Shown: one piece after another, positions 22,301 to 31,489 of the stretch
How positions within the stretch are numbered: position 1 is the stretch's first letter
How the letters are laid out: each line of letters opens with the position of its first letter
Virus record (IMG/VR): IMGVR_UViG_3300032046_005540
Location: 32,001 to 96,000 of that record
Strand: one strand, 5' to 3'
From: a virus
Length of the DNA: 64,000 nt
Program-made: the position numbers and the translations under genes
Notes under the pieces: generated by a model
The model's database searches: none
The model's input: the letters and a program-made list of their open reading frames with translations, nothing else
What the model was told of the DNA's origin: nothing

Positions 22301-25300
22301 GATTAAATTCTGCCTCAGTTAAAGTTCCTTCATTATATTTTTGTTCTAATTCTCTATATCGTAATTCAAGTTCATAAACTGTTTTTAATTCACTAGGAGT
22401 AATAACTGCTTCTTTTCTCATTACTAAAGTCTTACTCCCAAATGGTTTTTTCAATGTTCTAGGTTTTGTATATTCTTTCCAAACCTCATTAACTAATTGT
22501 TGCCAAAAAGGTTTTTCTTCTTTTTCTTCTATTTTCTCTTTAGGTTCTCCAAGAATAGTAGGAGTAGGAGCAAATGCTATTTCAGGTTCTTCTTCTGTAG
22601 GAATTTTTTCTTCTAACTCTTCTTCTTCAATTGTAAATTTAGGCTCTTCAACAGGAGTTGGAATTTCTTTAAGAACTTCTTTTGGCTCTTCTACTTTAAT
22701 AAGTTCTTTTTTAGGTTCTTCTATTTTTTCTTCAAGTTTTTCAACTGGAATTTCTTTTTTAATTTCTTTTTCTGGCTTTTTTATTTTCAACTCATCTTCT
22801 GCAAACGGAGCAGTAAATCCAGGTTTAAATACATTAACTAAATCGTCAGCAACATTAGTTACTTCTTTAATTTCAATATTATACAATCCTTCTTCAGCTT
22901 TTCCTTTTATAATCCCTTTACCTTTTAGAACACCTCCAGGACTTTTTCGAGTTGCACCAAAATATCTTGTAGTATCAAATTCAACTTCATCTCCAGGTTT
23001 AAATTCTGTTTGAGCAATTCTTTTTAAATTTAAACTGCTAACTTTTAAATTGCTTAATTCCTCAAAAAAAAGATCATTTGACTTTATATCTGTTATCAAA
23101 TACTCTCCATATACACCAAATTCATGAGCTGTGTTTATTACTCTATCTATTGCAATCATTTTCTCTTGAGGAGTTGTTGCTTGTTGTAATATCTGAAGCA
23201 TTTTCTTTTCATCATTTATTATATTGTGTATAATTTGTTCATCCTCTGCTCCCTTTGAAAGTTTCAAATCTTTTTCATCAAATTTAATTAACCCTTCTAT
23301 AGTATTTATAAAATCAACAATAATCTGATCCATTAATTCTTCATCATAAATACCTTTTGCTTCTTGTTTATAAAGTCTTTTTAGTTGTTGTTTAGTCGTT
23401 TGTGATTCAAATTGAGCAGATTTTTCAAACCTAAGTTTTAGTTGTTGGGGGATAATAAATTGCTCTTCTATATTCTTTCTTATAGTTTCTTTTAAACTTT
23501 TTCCATATATTAATTCAAAAGGTTTTTGAAAAGCTTTATATTTACCCTCTTGTTCTTCTTTTGATTTTTCTTTTTTAAATCTTAAATTTTCAATAAATTC
23601 AGGAGATGGAGAAAAAAGATCAGGCTGCAAAAGTTCTTCTTGTTCAATTATAACCTTCTTATGACCAATGCGTTTAGGATTAAGATAATCTACATAAAAC
23701 TCAACATTAGGGCCAAGTTCTAAAGCAACAACCAGAGCATCTAAATTATTATTATACTCCTCAATTGTTCCTGTATTCTTATACCAAAAAACCTGATTAT
23801 TATTTTCAAGACGGCCCCGCGTGATGCGGTCAAAATATACACCACTCATAGGCCATCCCAAATCTTGAAACCATCCAGCATGATCTTCTCGATCATTCCA
23901 GTTGACTACTACTTGTCCTTCATAAATAGCCCATAAAGCACGACCATTACGTTTTGTAGTTTCTTTTCTCATACTTAGTTTATTTGCTACTATACCTCTA
24001 CTAATTACTTCTTTAGCTTGTTCTACTTCTTCTACTGTTACATCTGTTTTCTTACCACTTGCTATATCCCAGATTTCATCTTCAGTGTATTTTTGGAGTA
24101 GAGCGGAAAATGGAACTTTAACCCAAGGAACTCCAATTTCTTCAAGTTTTAAATCTTTTACAAGATTTTCAACTGGTTCTTTATAAAAACTCCTATACCA
24201 TTCTCCCAAAGCTTCTCCTATTTTTTCAGATGCTAATTTTTCAGTAAATGTTCCTAATCCATATTCATCAGTAACATAAACTTTCCACTGCTCAATAAAA
24301 GAAGAAGGAAACCTTCTCATATTATCCAAAATCAAACCATTTACTAAATGTTCACTCACATCTACATTTGAGGCAATATTATATATAAAAAGTCTTATAT
24401 CTCCAAGATTAGTTATTTTGAATTTATTAAGTTTTTCTAAAATATATTCAACACTTTGTGCTTTCTTTCTCATATTTAACTTAGATGCAAATTCTTTCAA
24501 TTCTTTTAATCTTTTTTTAGCTTCATCCCTTACAAAATCTTCTTTATCTTTAACCAATTCAGTTAATGTCTCAAAAAGAGTATTTTTGTTTTTAGCAACT
24601 TCCCAACGAATTCCTGGATCTTCATCTTTTGCTAACTCCACTAAAGTTTCAGGAGGAGTTCTTGGATTACTTGCTAACCTACTTTTTTCAAGCCCAGTTA
24701 AATATTTTTCCGGAGCTTCTACAACTTCTTGACCTTTTAATTGTAAATCTTCAATTACAAACTTTTGAATATCAGAAGAAAGATAAGGTAGGAGTTGTTC
24801 AAGAGTAGTTCCTGCTTTTATTTCTAATACCTCAGCAATCCATTTTTTTGTTTCTGGAAAATCTTCTAATAATAAACCTGTATTATGTTGAATATCATTT
24901 ATATGATCAATTATAGTTATGAGTTGATTAGTATCAGAAGTATTGATAAGTTGAATTAAAGATTCAGTTATATGACCCCAAGGAAGAACCTTGCGTTTCA
25001 TCCATTTGTTCCATTTTCCCTCATTCCATATTCGACTAACTTGTTCAAGAGGCAAATTTTTCAATTCTCCAAGATTCTTTATATTAAATTCTTTTTTCCA
25101 TTTATTCCAATCTAATAAACAAACACTGACTCCTCTACACGCATATACCAACGCTTTATATATACTTTTTGTAATTAAAGGAGCATATTCTTCTTTTACT
25201 TGTTGAACAATCATATCTTTATATTGAGAAGCATAAGGATTTTGTTCTAAATATTGATCCGAAAGGAGACTAACACCATAAAAATCATAAAATAGTTGTT

Positions 25301-26186
25301 TGTCAAGTTGAGAAGTTTTACGCATACTTAAACTTCCAAATATTCCTGGTCCTTGAGGATGTGGTCCTGGAGAAGACTCATACTCCATAGGATTTGAATA
25401 ATTAGGATCTATATTTATTATATTTCCTTGTTCATCTGGGTAATTATAAAAAGGAAGACGTTGTCTTGGTTTTTTAGGACCTTTAGGCCATTCATCTGAT
25501 TTTCCAGGTTCATAAAAATTTTCTTGCATAGTTTCAGGTTCGGCTGTTTTACGAAAGTTTAAATTACTGCTAATTTTTAAATTACTTAATTCATCAAAAA
25601 AAGGATCATATCCAGGTTCTACTCCTTGTATTAAAATTTCTCCATATTTTCCATGACCATGCATAGTATTTATTACTTGATCTATTGCTATCATTTTTTC
25701 TTCAGGAGTTTTTGCTTGTTGTAATATATTAATAAAATTAGTAAAATCTTTAGTATAGGTTTTCATATACTGTGGAGGAGACATTCCTTGGAAAGTTTGT
25801 TCAAAAAATTGTTTATATTTTTCTAAAGTATCTAAAAATTTTGAAATAATCTCATCTTCTAATTCTTCATCATAAATACCTTTTGCTTCTTGAATATATA
25901 ATCTTTTTATTTCTTCTTTTGTAACTTGAGGAAGAGGAAAAGGATATTTCTGTTCAGATTTTTTCCTTAAACTCAAAGAAGCTATTTTTGGAATATAATT
26001 CAAAATAGATTCTTTCATTTCTTCTGGGGAAACAAAAAAAGTCCCTTTTAAATTATCCAAAATATGTTTTTTATAGAAATCATGGTGTGGATGATTTGTA
26101 GGCACTCCCTGTTCATTTAAAATTTCAGAAACGGAATTAGAGTCAGCAAAAAAATATCGAGGTTCACTTTCCAATCTTTTAATCAT
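16395..26186 (-). CDS. Giant 3263-aa multi-module (polyvalent) protein; candidate polyprotein
   Basis: Uninterrupted ORF; about 22 L[SN][ML]RKx[AS]-type linkers; NTase, ART-like, LRV and SH3 modules plus two repeated module families. Confidence 0.9.
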   Translation of the reverse strand: MIKRLESEPRYFFADSNSVSEILNEQGVPTNHPHHDFYKKHILDNLKGTFFVSPEEMKESILNYIPKIASLSLRKKSEQKYPFPLPQVTKEEIKRLYIQEAKGIYDEELEDEIISKFLDTLEKYKQFFEQTFQGMSPPQYMKTYTKDFTNFINILQQAKTPEEKMIAIDQVINTMHGHGKYGEILIQGVEPGYDPFFDELSNLKISSNLNFRKTAEPETMQENFYEPGKSDEWPKGPKKPRQRLPFYNYPDEQGNIINIDPNYSNPMEYESSPGPHPQGPGIFGSLSMRKTSQLDKQLFYDFYGVSLLSDQYLEQNPYASQYKDMIVQQVKEEYAPLITKSIYKALVYACRGVSVCLLDWNKWKKEFNIKNLGELKNLPLEQVSRIWNEGKWNKWMKRKVLPWGHITESLIQLINTSDTNQLITIIDHINDIQHNTGLLLEDFPETKKWIAEVLEIKAGTTLEQLLPYLSSDIQKFVIEDLQLKGQEVVEAPEKYLTGLEKSRLASNPRTPPETLVELAKDEDPGIRWEVAKNKNTLFETLTELVKDKEDFVRDEAKKRLKELKEFASKLNMRKKAQSVEYILEKLNKFKITNLGDIRLFIYNIASNVDVSEHLVNGLILDNMRRFPSSFIEQWKVYVTDEYGLGTFTEKLASEKIGEALGEWYRSFYKEPVENLVKDLKLEEIGVPWVKVPFSALLQKYTEDEIWDIASGKKTDVTVEEVEQAKEVISRGIVANKLSMRKETTKRNGRALWAIYEGQVVVNWNDREDHAGWFQDLGWPMSGVYFDRITRGRLENNNQVFWYKNTGTIEEYNNNLDALVVALELGPNVEFYVDYLNPKRIGHKKVIIEQEELLQPDLFSPSPEFIENLRFKKEKSKEEQEGKYKAFQKPFELIYGKSLKETIRKNIEEQFIIPQQLKLRFEKSAQFESQTTKQQLKRLYKQEAKGIYDEELMDQIIVDFINTIEGLIKFDEKDLKLSKGAEDEQIIHNIINDEKKMLQILQQATTPQEKMIAIDRVINTAHEFGVYGEYLITDIKSNDLFFEELSNLKVSSLNLKRIAQTEFKPGDEVEFDTTRYFGATRKSPGGVLKGKGIIKGKAEEGLYNIEIKEVTNVADDLVNVFKPGFTAPFAEDELKIKKPEKEIKKEIPVEKLEEKIEEPKKELIKVEEPKEVLKEIPTPVEEPKFTIEEEELEEKIPTEEEPEIAFAPTPTILGEPKEKIEEKEEKPFWQQLVNEVWKEYTKPRTLKKPFGSKTLVMRKEAVITPSELKTVYELELRYRELEQKYNEGTLTEAEFNQFQQTERKLDNLTDRIIRDLMFFFEDYFEWYEGIDPENIRKEEGELQVIEEMKQRWEELNNAFDINSKMIVIDNTINMMHVDFPIIWHLKMDYDEYLDRTSEEGLTLEKSKKVDEVWSNLIDFLQEQGKLKLAPKLTQKQKVVEKLSMRKQSQQNLTPEEEIFIKDFVKQFEHLHNAEEIYENLFNEKPFILDLTKHLEEDLKVFSDRSVFIALAILDQLKEDFGMLTSLKFGGKPKKYKGPIISILEDIAQDVWKALDLTEAKNIVLNRVENSQIAEEDKQTIINNVNRINNLLDLQKYIANSILAYEGMGTKLSMKKKATLDSEVINRTLNHFKENLELPKIYENIYNYVLNHYPELSTWEIERFSEIILGILESKEPNALVLGMRKKANADGLWAIYNGEIYKTTKEYKHHETWFEEIGLPTGGTAFDSAPRGIWYGNNWLIWYKDTGTFEEFSDNLPKLLSVLKLKPDTEISVRDPYFEELIPFEKVSLNLRKKAGIESHEYKYKEIHNKIPTYTFIGFQEFGDEKIIMVNCDICQSTLLLSLEEAKTHEYQIEGLPHGWEKEIKLSSLQLRKTAQNDEEDFPTPLTTKQELFRLYRQEAKGIYDEELMDEIISKFIQNLLELANWEEKHPLDSLTSIDWSQVTRGLISVLEKAKTPQEKMVAIDTVIHTSHMYDVYAQHLISGYFEYGPAKKDVWGPISEGSTFLDELSNLKISSSLNLRKKAETFIYDEPISNESSWAIYKGNVYITYSPGKRHPNWFEEIGLPSAGEVFDNIVRGYFYDYAFGSKDFKPEEKRIVWYGMGDYNEFYDHLEELKNALNFPPDAMVQMLDYTQGITTLAMKKEKETSNLITKTFNYLRKLFSVPNPILKSLDYPHSWPRKKKKEKIAQDISDSNKLSIQELKRFYKLERKGLLTDEFVDNVITKLIYGMEQEKIRIWNDPDIPEDLPKMYREGYEDDMNDFIHEMEIVLTKSLPEKIIAIDQIIHQAHLTYSFGWFQGDFDEIYNTIESIGEKEPIESLNLRMKKPASTVSEPTPNEPLQGQQGEHPEGEVYFQGKDKWLERQPDQGFDIKFPGKVKINRDPWLWGDNPTSEQTMTASLSLRKKAFINIGNIRKLYKQQLKTPGVYDHDLLVEIQYDFIENLQKLLEHMKKEYEGIEEDKDVEESIIIVEDDIRELEFAVTDENIMISIDNIISFIHDHFITGEPHIVMNMVNPNLEEEAEKLFETIFSQTEYLFNKKASILDYPQKHLDPEMWDLSGDLPKLKKDVKTLIIKRFIDYLREVGINNPELWCKGFYYTGSTATYRYLKTSDIDIHVEVDWDIYKENNLNKAKDDNEEMQKELLKVFWNTLNKEKLPGTSHPLTYYILSAKESVLTQGEEAYDILNDKWIVSPQKMPENLDVSDKIKLLQDKAENIMKKLDEELGKTKRDLIDYNILKELVSSYEGDKEDIQKLVEKKLEDIEQGLKQLQKENEQIHEERNKAFYDGQEPIEKGLSKNWTPGNILFKLIERYRYLDILRKIKHIIKDDQVTEEETKELEDVLIPKLSMRKTSQKLFSHETSKRNLESILQKGLDPSFVTEPGPFFKNIPGYPHFIMFTLYEPRELYRSDGGKGSPDSIYVIVSSATIQNFAELLNQYAPDTIMWYGEGLAEAQGIDNPTKEQLLDLGNKYMEWQGMTDWYISTEVISPENIKYILNNDEDVIWEPKLAMRKISFLTDNVSEIPENWVSQDKTDNKKLRRTNPPRHDKNDSIVEHNLDPHIDLASLSLRKKAFFENEGGLWAVYEGKVYITPPAKSVDWDSHVQWFETINLPSAGKKFDDIERGYYGKNFIGWLKDSGKLGNFVYYVPELITTLDLDPTITELEAYTPEDEHFPLGKVQEIMGSTTKLSFEGQPTTKNYNSPSLLLREDQGPGYPSEPAQAEIEGTVEDDPWGESNRLKKYKPTKELIFPDFSIPYGAEGGEIKQI

Positions 26187-26386
26187 TAATTTTCCTTCTT
26201 TTTCAAAGTATACCTATTTTTCTTCATATAATGCTTTTTTATAATTTGTCCTTCGTGAACTTCAATAAACATTTCACTATACGGGAAGCTACACAATTCT
26301 TTTAAAAGCTCTTTAATTTTTTTTAACTCCTCTTCCTCTATATGTTCTAAAATAACACAGATGTCCGATATCTCCTTATTTCTCAT
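26186..26386 (-). CDS. Small hypothetical protein, translationally coupled to the giant ORF
   Basis: TAATG overlap at 26186. Confidence 0.6.
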   Translation of the reverse strand: MRNKEISDICVILEHIEEEELKKIKELLKELCSFPYSEMFIEVHEGQIIKKHYMKKNRYTLKKKEN

Positions 26387-27068
26387 TTGACTCCTTTACT
26401 TTATATAACTTGAGCCTTTCTACTAAAACAAAAGTATTCCCAGTAAAAACAACTTTAGGTCTTGAATAAACTTCTTCAACTTTAATAACTTTTGGATCTC
26501 TTTGAATTTTTTGTTCTTTTACTGCTAAATCATTCAAAGCCTTTGTTATGCTCAAAACATCACTAATGTCATTTTCATCAGTTCTTAATTCTACTTCTTC
26601 TATATTTGCTGGAATACCAGCTTCAGGTATTTTAAATAAAAGTTTTGAGATAGGCTTTTTATCATCATTTTCCTTTGTAGTCCTTAGAGCGCTCATGGAA
26701 CAAAGTTTAACAAAATCATCTTCTCCTAAAGCATATACTTCAGGCCCTTCAACTTTAGGAATACTAATACCTTTAGGTGAAGGCTTTTCGTCTGAGGGTG
26801 TATCTGTTTTCTTTGTGTTATTCTTTTTTTGTTCTTCTTCGTAGTTAATTTCAACTACAGTCACTCCATCAGAATGTTGAACATAAAAAGACTTTAATGC
26901 TTCTGAAGAAATTCTTTTACCATTAACAAAAACTAAGACTCCTTTTTGTTGAATATCAGATTCTACTTCTTTCATTTCTTCTTCTACCATTTCTATCCCA
27001 GCCTTATCATCTGTTTCAGCTGCAATTATCTCTGCTGCAATTTTTTTACTTCTTTTACCTTTTACCAT
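26376..27068 (-). CDS. Hypothetical protein with N-terminal SKKIA motif
   Basis: Strong SD (AGGAGG) upstream; ORF track. Confidence 0.7.
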   Translation of the reverse strand: MVKGKRSKKIAAEIIAAETDDKAGIEMVEEEMKEVESDIQQKGVLVFVNGKRISSEALKSFYVQHSDGVTVVEINYEEEQKKNNTKKTDTPSDEKPSPKGISIPKVEGPEVYALGEDDFVKLCSMSALRTTKENDDKKPISKLLFKIPEAGIPANIEEVELRTDENDISDVLSITKALNDLAVKEQKIQRDPKVIKVEEVYSRPKVVFTGNTFVLVERLKLYKVKESNEK

Positions 27069-27128
27069 TTTTACTACCTCCTTTACTTTTTTAAATATTT
27101 AACTTAACTTTTTTTTTTATTTTTAAAG

Positions 27129-27353
27129 TTAGAATCTAGGTATAAAAACAACATCTAAAAGTTCCACATCACTCATCATTGCAAGAAAAAAAGATCTAGT
27201 TCCATCCTTGCTAATGTCAAAAGCAAAAAAGAGACCTCGTTCTACGGAATAAGGTTCCACAGTCCTCAAACTAGTATCTCCTTTTTGAGTAGTATACATA
27301 AATCTAATCAAACGATGGCTTTCAATTCCAGTATAAATATCTTCAAGAGCCAT
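27129..27353 (-). CDS. Stand-alone WYL domain protein
   Basis: [22 protein letters not shown]; start placed at MALED after GGAG. Confidence 0.75.
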   Translation of the reverse strand: MALEDIYTGIESHRLIRFMYTTQKGDTSLRTVEPYSVERGLFFAFDISKDGTRSFFLAMMSDVELLDVVFIPRF

Positions 27354-28248
27354 TTGCAAACTCCTCCAATTTATAAATAAGAACATCTCTCAAAAATTCA
27401 TCATAAAAATCAAAGTACCAAATACAAAAACATTCAACTCCAACACTTTTATATTCATTTATTATTCTTTCGTGGTGATCCCACCAAAGTTCTTTCGTAA
27501 TAATAGGATCATGAAAATATCCTCCTAAAACCTCAACAACTTTTTTAGTTTTCTTAAAAGGTTCAACAATAAAATCTGGATTTCTATTTTTATATTTACC
27601 ATTTTTAATAGGAATCCAAAATTTTCCGTTACCTACGTATTTTACATTCTTAGGAACTACCTTCATTACTTCTTGTTCAAGTTTACTAGGACCTATACTA
27701 GCTTTTTCTTTACCTTTTTTCATTTTTCTTAACTCTTCTTCAGAGGGTTTTCTACCTCTTAAAGCTTTACTAATTTTCTCTTTTGTATTATCAAAACAAG
27801 GATGTCCTTTTAAAGCATTACTTATTTTTCTTTTATGTTCTTCAGAAAGAGGCCCTCTTTTTTTACCTTTATTTGATTTACTTATTTTCTGTTTTGTTTC
27901 TTCAGAACGGTATGTTCCATAAAGAGGATTTTTTTCTCCTTTTTTTGATTCCCCTATTTTTCTTTTTGTTTCTTCAGAACGAGGTATTCCTTTTTTAGAT
28001 TCACTAATTCTTTTAACACCTTCACTAATTTCTTTTGTTAAATTTTTATTCCAAGCTTTTCTCCCTTTAAGAGACTCGCTAATAGTTCTTAACTTATATC
28101 CATTTCTTTTAATAATATTTCTAATAGTCACATCACTACAATTCCATTTTTTAGCTAAAACTATACTATTTAATTTCTCTTCAGAAAAATATTCCTTACA
28201 AATTTGTAATTCCTGCTCTTTTGTAAATATTTCCAAAGTTATCACCAA
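27343..28248 (-). mobile_element. Free-standing homing-type endonuclease (HTH + NUMOD3 repeats + PD-(D/E)xK)
   Basis: [18 protein letters not shown] repeats; NPDFI..VVEV.G.YFH. Confidence 0.8.
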
Positions 28249-31200
28249 TTTCTCCGATCAAAAGACCTCTTTCCTCCAACTCTGTCCTTCAGATTTTTAC
28301 CCTTTTTCATATTCCAAAGAGATCCTCCTTTTGTTGGAGGGTGACTTGTTCCTAAAGATATAGGCATTCCCCCTAGACTTTTATGTAATTCTCGAATTAC
28401 TTTACTACTCATATCCTTCCTTAAATTTAGTCTATGTATCAAATTAGCTGACACTACACAAAAATCATCAGAAGTAACTGGGCCACTTGTTGGTGCAGCG
28501 TAATAGACAGTTCCGCCACTTATTATTTTTTGTAAATATTTCAACTCAAGCTTTAATTTTCCAGGCCAATTTTCTAAAGGGCTTTCATCTATCCCATAAC
28601 AAAAAACATTGTTTTGATTCAACTGCTCTAAAAAGGTTCCGAACATCTCACTTTTGTAACTATTAGTAAAGGTTGTTTCAAATGCAGGTAATTTCATTTT
28701 TCTTAATTTATTAACACTATCTATACTGGACCATTGATCATAACAAATTTCTATAACCTGCTTTCCCATCACACTTAAATTTGCAATCAATTTCAATAAA
28801 AATTCCATCACTACATCTGGATCAATCCTTTCCATAACAATTTTACCATCTTCCAACAATTTTACTGTAGGTTCAAATCCTTTTAAACCATCAATCCAAT
28901 ATCTTTCTTGAGGCCTATCTTCTCTATGACCCCAAGCAATAGCATAAGTGTCAGATTTGCTTGCGGGGTCTACTGTTATAATATACAACTGACCCGGGCG
29001 GCCTTTTAACAAAATTGGAGCAGTTGGAATAACCATATTATCTATTTTTTCTGGATTCAAAAATGTTGAAGAAGGTTCTCCAAAATGTGCTCCATATTCC
29101 ATTGCTGCAGAAACTGGGTCTTTTCTAAAATCATCATCAAAACTTTTTCTTTCATATTTAGGATTTGCTTCCCAAGTTGCAAGTTGTAACATTAAATATT
29201 TTTGATTTTTATAAACTTCTTCAGTTTTAGTTTGTTCTTTTCCTCCTGCAGAACAATACAAAGAATAAAACTCTCCAGCTTTTTCAGATGGAGAACTAAT
29301 TGCTATAATTAAACCATCATCTCCAAAATCTTTAACCGAAGGAGTTAAAGCAACCCACATTGCGTGGTCTGTTTGAGGTGCATCTATAAATTCTAAAGTT
29401 CTTTTTCTATAACTTGATCTGGAAAAATGTGCCATTTCATCAAAGGACAAACAATTATGACTTATAAAACCATTTGAAGTAAAATTATGAGTTTTCGGAA
29501 CAGTTACATCATACATTAACTGGCGAGATGAATTTTCTTTTTTAACTATTTTATCCCAAATACCTTTTTCTACAGTAATAACAAACCTTTTTGGTTTTGA
29601 ATGTTTTCTTTTTTGTAATTTTTTTACAAGAAAATCTAATCGTAAAGTATTATATGTATGCAATGTTCCAATTTCTTTAGCATATAACAATATATCATTA
29701 CTATGTACAGAAATTGCATAAATAACATTAGACCTTTTTATAGTTCTTTTCGAAGAAATAATTCCAAAATTTAATAAAAGTATTTGTAACTGATGAGCGA
29801 GTTTTTCTGAAACAGTGTGCATAGAAAGACATCCCCCACTATTTTTATCTCCAGGTTCAACACACCCATCACCATCAAAATATGCTTTTAAAAACTCTTT
29901 CACTATTTCCTTTGGAGACTGTAAAATACACCATGGAATTTCCTTTTTATAACTATTCACATAATCTATTCCAATAAATTCCAAAAATTTTCTTACTTTT
30001 TTACTACAAATAATAATACTAAAACATTTTTTAGTTGCTTTAAATTTAGAAATAGATGTTGACTTTTCATAAATATATTTAACATCAGGAAAACATTTTT
30101 TTATACAATATTTTATATCATTTAAAATTTCTTTATTAGTATTAGAAATGCTAATTTGTGTTTTCTCTGTTACATTTCCTTCTGCAACTAAATAACCTAA
30201 TAATCTAGCAAGTTCCTTTGACATCTTTTTAGGAACTTTTACATCTTTATATCTATTACATTTTCTCCAAAAATTAAAGGTATATAAAGGTGTTTTTGCA
30301 TATCTTTCTTTGTACTGATGTAAAGTTATTTTATGAGTATGTAAATGATCTTCATTTATAAGTTTAAAAAATTTTCCACAAATTTCACATTTTATTTCTT
30401 TTTCTTTATTACCTTTATATTCGTCCCAATAATTATAATTAAATTCAAAATTCTTCAAATTTCCAAAATAATTTTGTCCCTTTTGAATATAAACCCAATC
30501 ACCTTCTTTTAAACTATTTAATTCTTTATATTCAATATTATTTTCCGAAGACATTGTTAATATTTTATGATCTCTCGTTCCAACTAAATCAAATCCAAAT
30601 TTTGTAGTTATTTTTATGCTTTCTTTTTCACCAGAACACATTACATGAGATGTTATAGCCTTCCCAGTATTACCATACAATTGTATTTTTTTATTTAAAA
30701 CAGTTTCCTCATTACACTGAACAACATCTCTTATAGGAATTATTCCCTTCTCAGTAAATATCAAAGTATCTCCAGAAACACATTGAATTGCTTTTCCTCT
30801 TTTAGTTGCTGCAGATGTAGTAACGGATTCAATACAAATTGAACCCCGTAAAAGGTTCTTTTTCATTGAACCTTTTGGTTTCCCTTCATTAAACTTTTTT
30901 ATTTGAGAATTTAAAAACAAATCATAAGGAGAAAACACCCTCAATTCAGTTTCATTATCTTTTTCAAAGTCTATATACTTTTGAAAAAATTCAAGTTTTT
31001 TAATATTATCTTTTATAAGATTAAAGGTTTCTTTTGCTTGTTCTCCATCCGAAGCACAATTAAGAATATGAATTGGATGTCTTTCTCTTATATTATAATA
31101 TTTTTGAGGATTACCTTTACAAACAAGTTTATATGCTTCATATGAAGCAATCCAAGAAACTACAGAACTTTTTGATCCTCTCCTACCTATAACTAAAATT

Positions 31201-31478
31201 AAAACTTCAATTACTTGTTTTGCATTTCTATGTTCTAAATCTAAATCAATATTCCATTCAGTTTTTAGAATATCAATTATTTTCTGTTCTTCTTCAGTTA
31301 TAGGATACTTTTCCCACAATCCATATAACAACTTTAATACTAAACTTTGAAAAGGGAAAGGTCTTTCACCTAACCATTTATGAGAAGTAATAAAAGTTAA
31401 AGCATCTACTGGTTCAATCGGTGCGGTTAGTAAAACTCTTTCTTCGTATTTTTTATCTACTAAATCTTTGAAGGTCAT
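28242..31478 (-). CDS. terL: Terminase large subunit with LAGLIDADG intein
   Basis: PFPFQ, Walker A-like GRRGSKS, Walker B LSFDE, ISSP coupling motif, nuclease VDPA...SDD. Confidence 0.88.
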   Translation of the reverse strand: MTFKDLVDKKYEERVLLTAPIEPVDALTFITSHKWLGERPFPFQSLVLKLLYGLWEKYPITEEEQKIIDILKTEWNIDLDLEHRNAKQVIEVLILVIGRRGSKSSVVSWIASYEAYKLVCKGNPQKYYNIRERHPIHILNCASDGEQAKETFNLIKDNIKKLEFFQKYIDFEKDNETELRVFSPYDLFLNSQIKKFNEGKPKGSMKKNLLRGSICIESVTTSAATKRGKAIQCVSGDTLIFTEKGIIPIRDVVQCNEETVLNKKIQLYGNTGKAITSHVMCSGEKESIKITTKFGFDLVGTRDHKILTMSSENNIEYKELNSLKEGDWVYIQKGQNYFGNLKNFEFNYNYWDEYKGNKEKEIKCEICGKFFKLINEDHLHTHKITLHQYKERYAKTPLYTFNFWRKCNRYKDVKVPKKMSKELARLLGYLVAEGNVTEKTQISISNTNKEILNDIKYCIKKCFPDVKYIYEKSTSISKFKATKKCFSIIICSKKVRKFLEFIGIDYVNSYKKEIPWCILQSPKEIVKEFLKAYFDGDGCVEPGDKNSGGCLSMHTVSEKLAHQLQILLLNFGIISSKRTIKRSNVIYAISVHSNDILLYAKEIGTLHTYNTLRLDFLVKKLQKRKHSKPKRFVITVEKGIWDKIVKKENSSRQLMYDVTVPKTHNFTSNGFISHNCLSFDEMAHFSRSSYRKRTLEFIDAPQTDHAMWVALTPSVKDFGDDGLIIAISSPSEKAGEFYSLYCSAGGKEQTKTEEVYKNQKYLMLQLATWEANPKYERKSFDDDFRKDPVSAAMEYGAHFGEPSSTFLNPEKIDNMVIPTAPILLKGRPGQLYIITVDPASKSDTYAIAWGHREDRPQERYWIDGLKGFEPTVKLLEDGKIVMERIDPDVVMEFLLKLIANLSVMGKQVIEICYDQWSSIDSVNKLRKMKLPAFETTFTNSYKSEMFGTFLEQLNQNNVFCYGIDESPLENWPGKLKLELKYLQKIISGGTVYYAAPTSGPVTSDDFCVVSANLIHRLNLRKDMSSKVIRELHKSLGGMPISLGTSHPPTKGGSLWNMKKGKNLKDRVGGKRSFDRRNW
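29454..30782 (-). mobile_element. Intein (443 aa) with LAGLIDADG endonuclease and internal Zn-finger insert
   Basis: N-terminal CVSGDTL; C-terminal YDVTV..HNF..NGFISHN followed by C(+1); LLGYLVAEG and [10 protein letters not shown]; CEICG..H..H insert. Confidence 0.93.
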
Positions 31479-31489
31479 AAGTTTATTTA

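Noticed and set aside
16395-26186. DGR template/variable repeats explaining the duplicated modules
   Set aside because: No reverse transcriptase in the window; all copies are in-frame coding and their differences are not confined to adenines.
16395-26186. Tape measure protein or virion RNA polymerase
   Set aside because: No long Ala/Gly-rich helical or TM pattern and no DxDGD motif seen; the protein is a mosaic of small modules.
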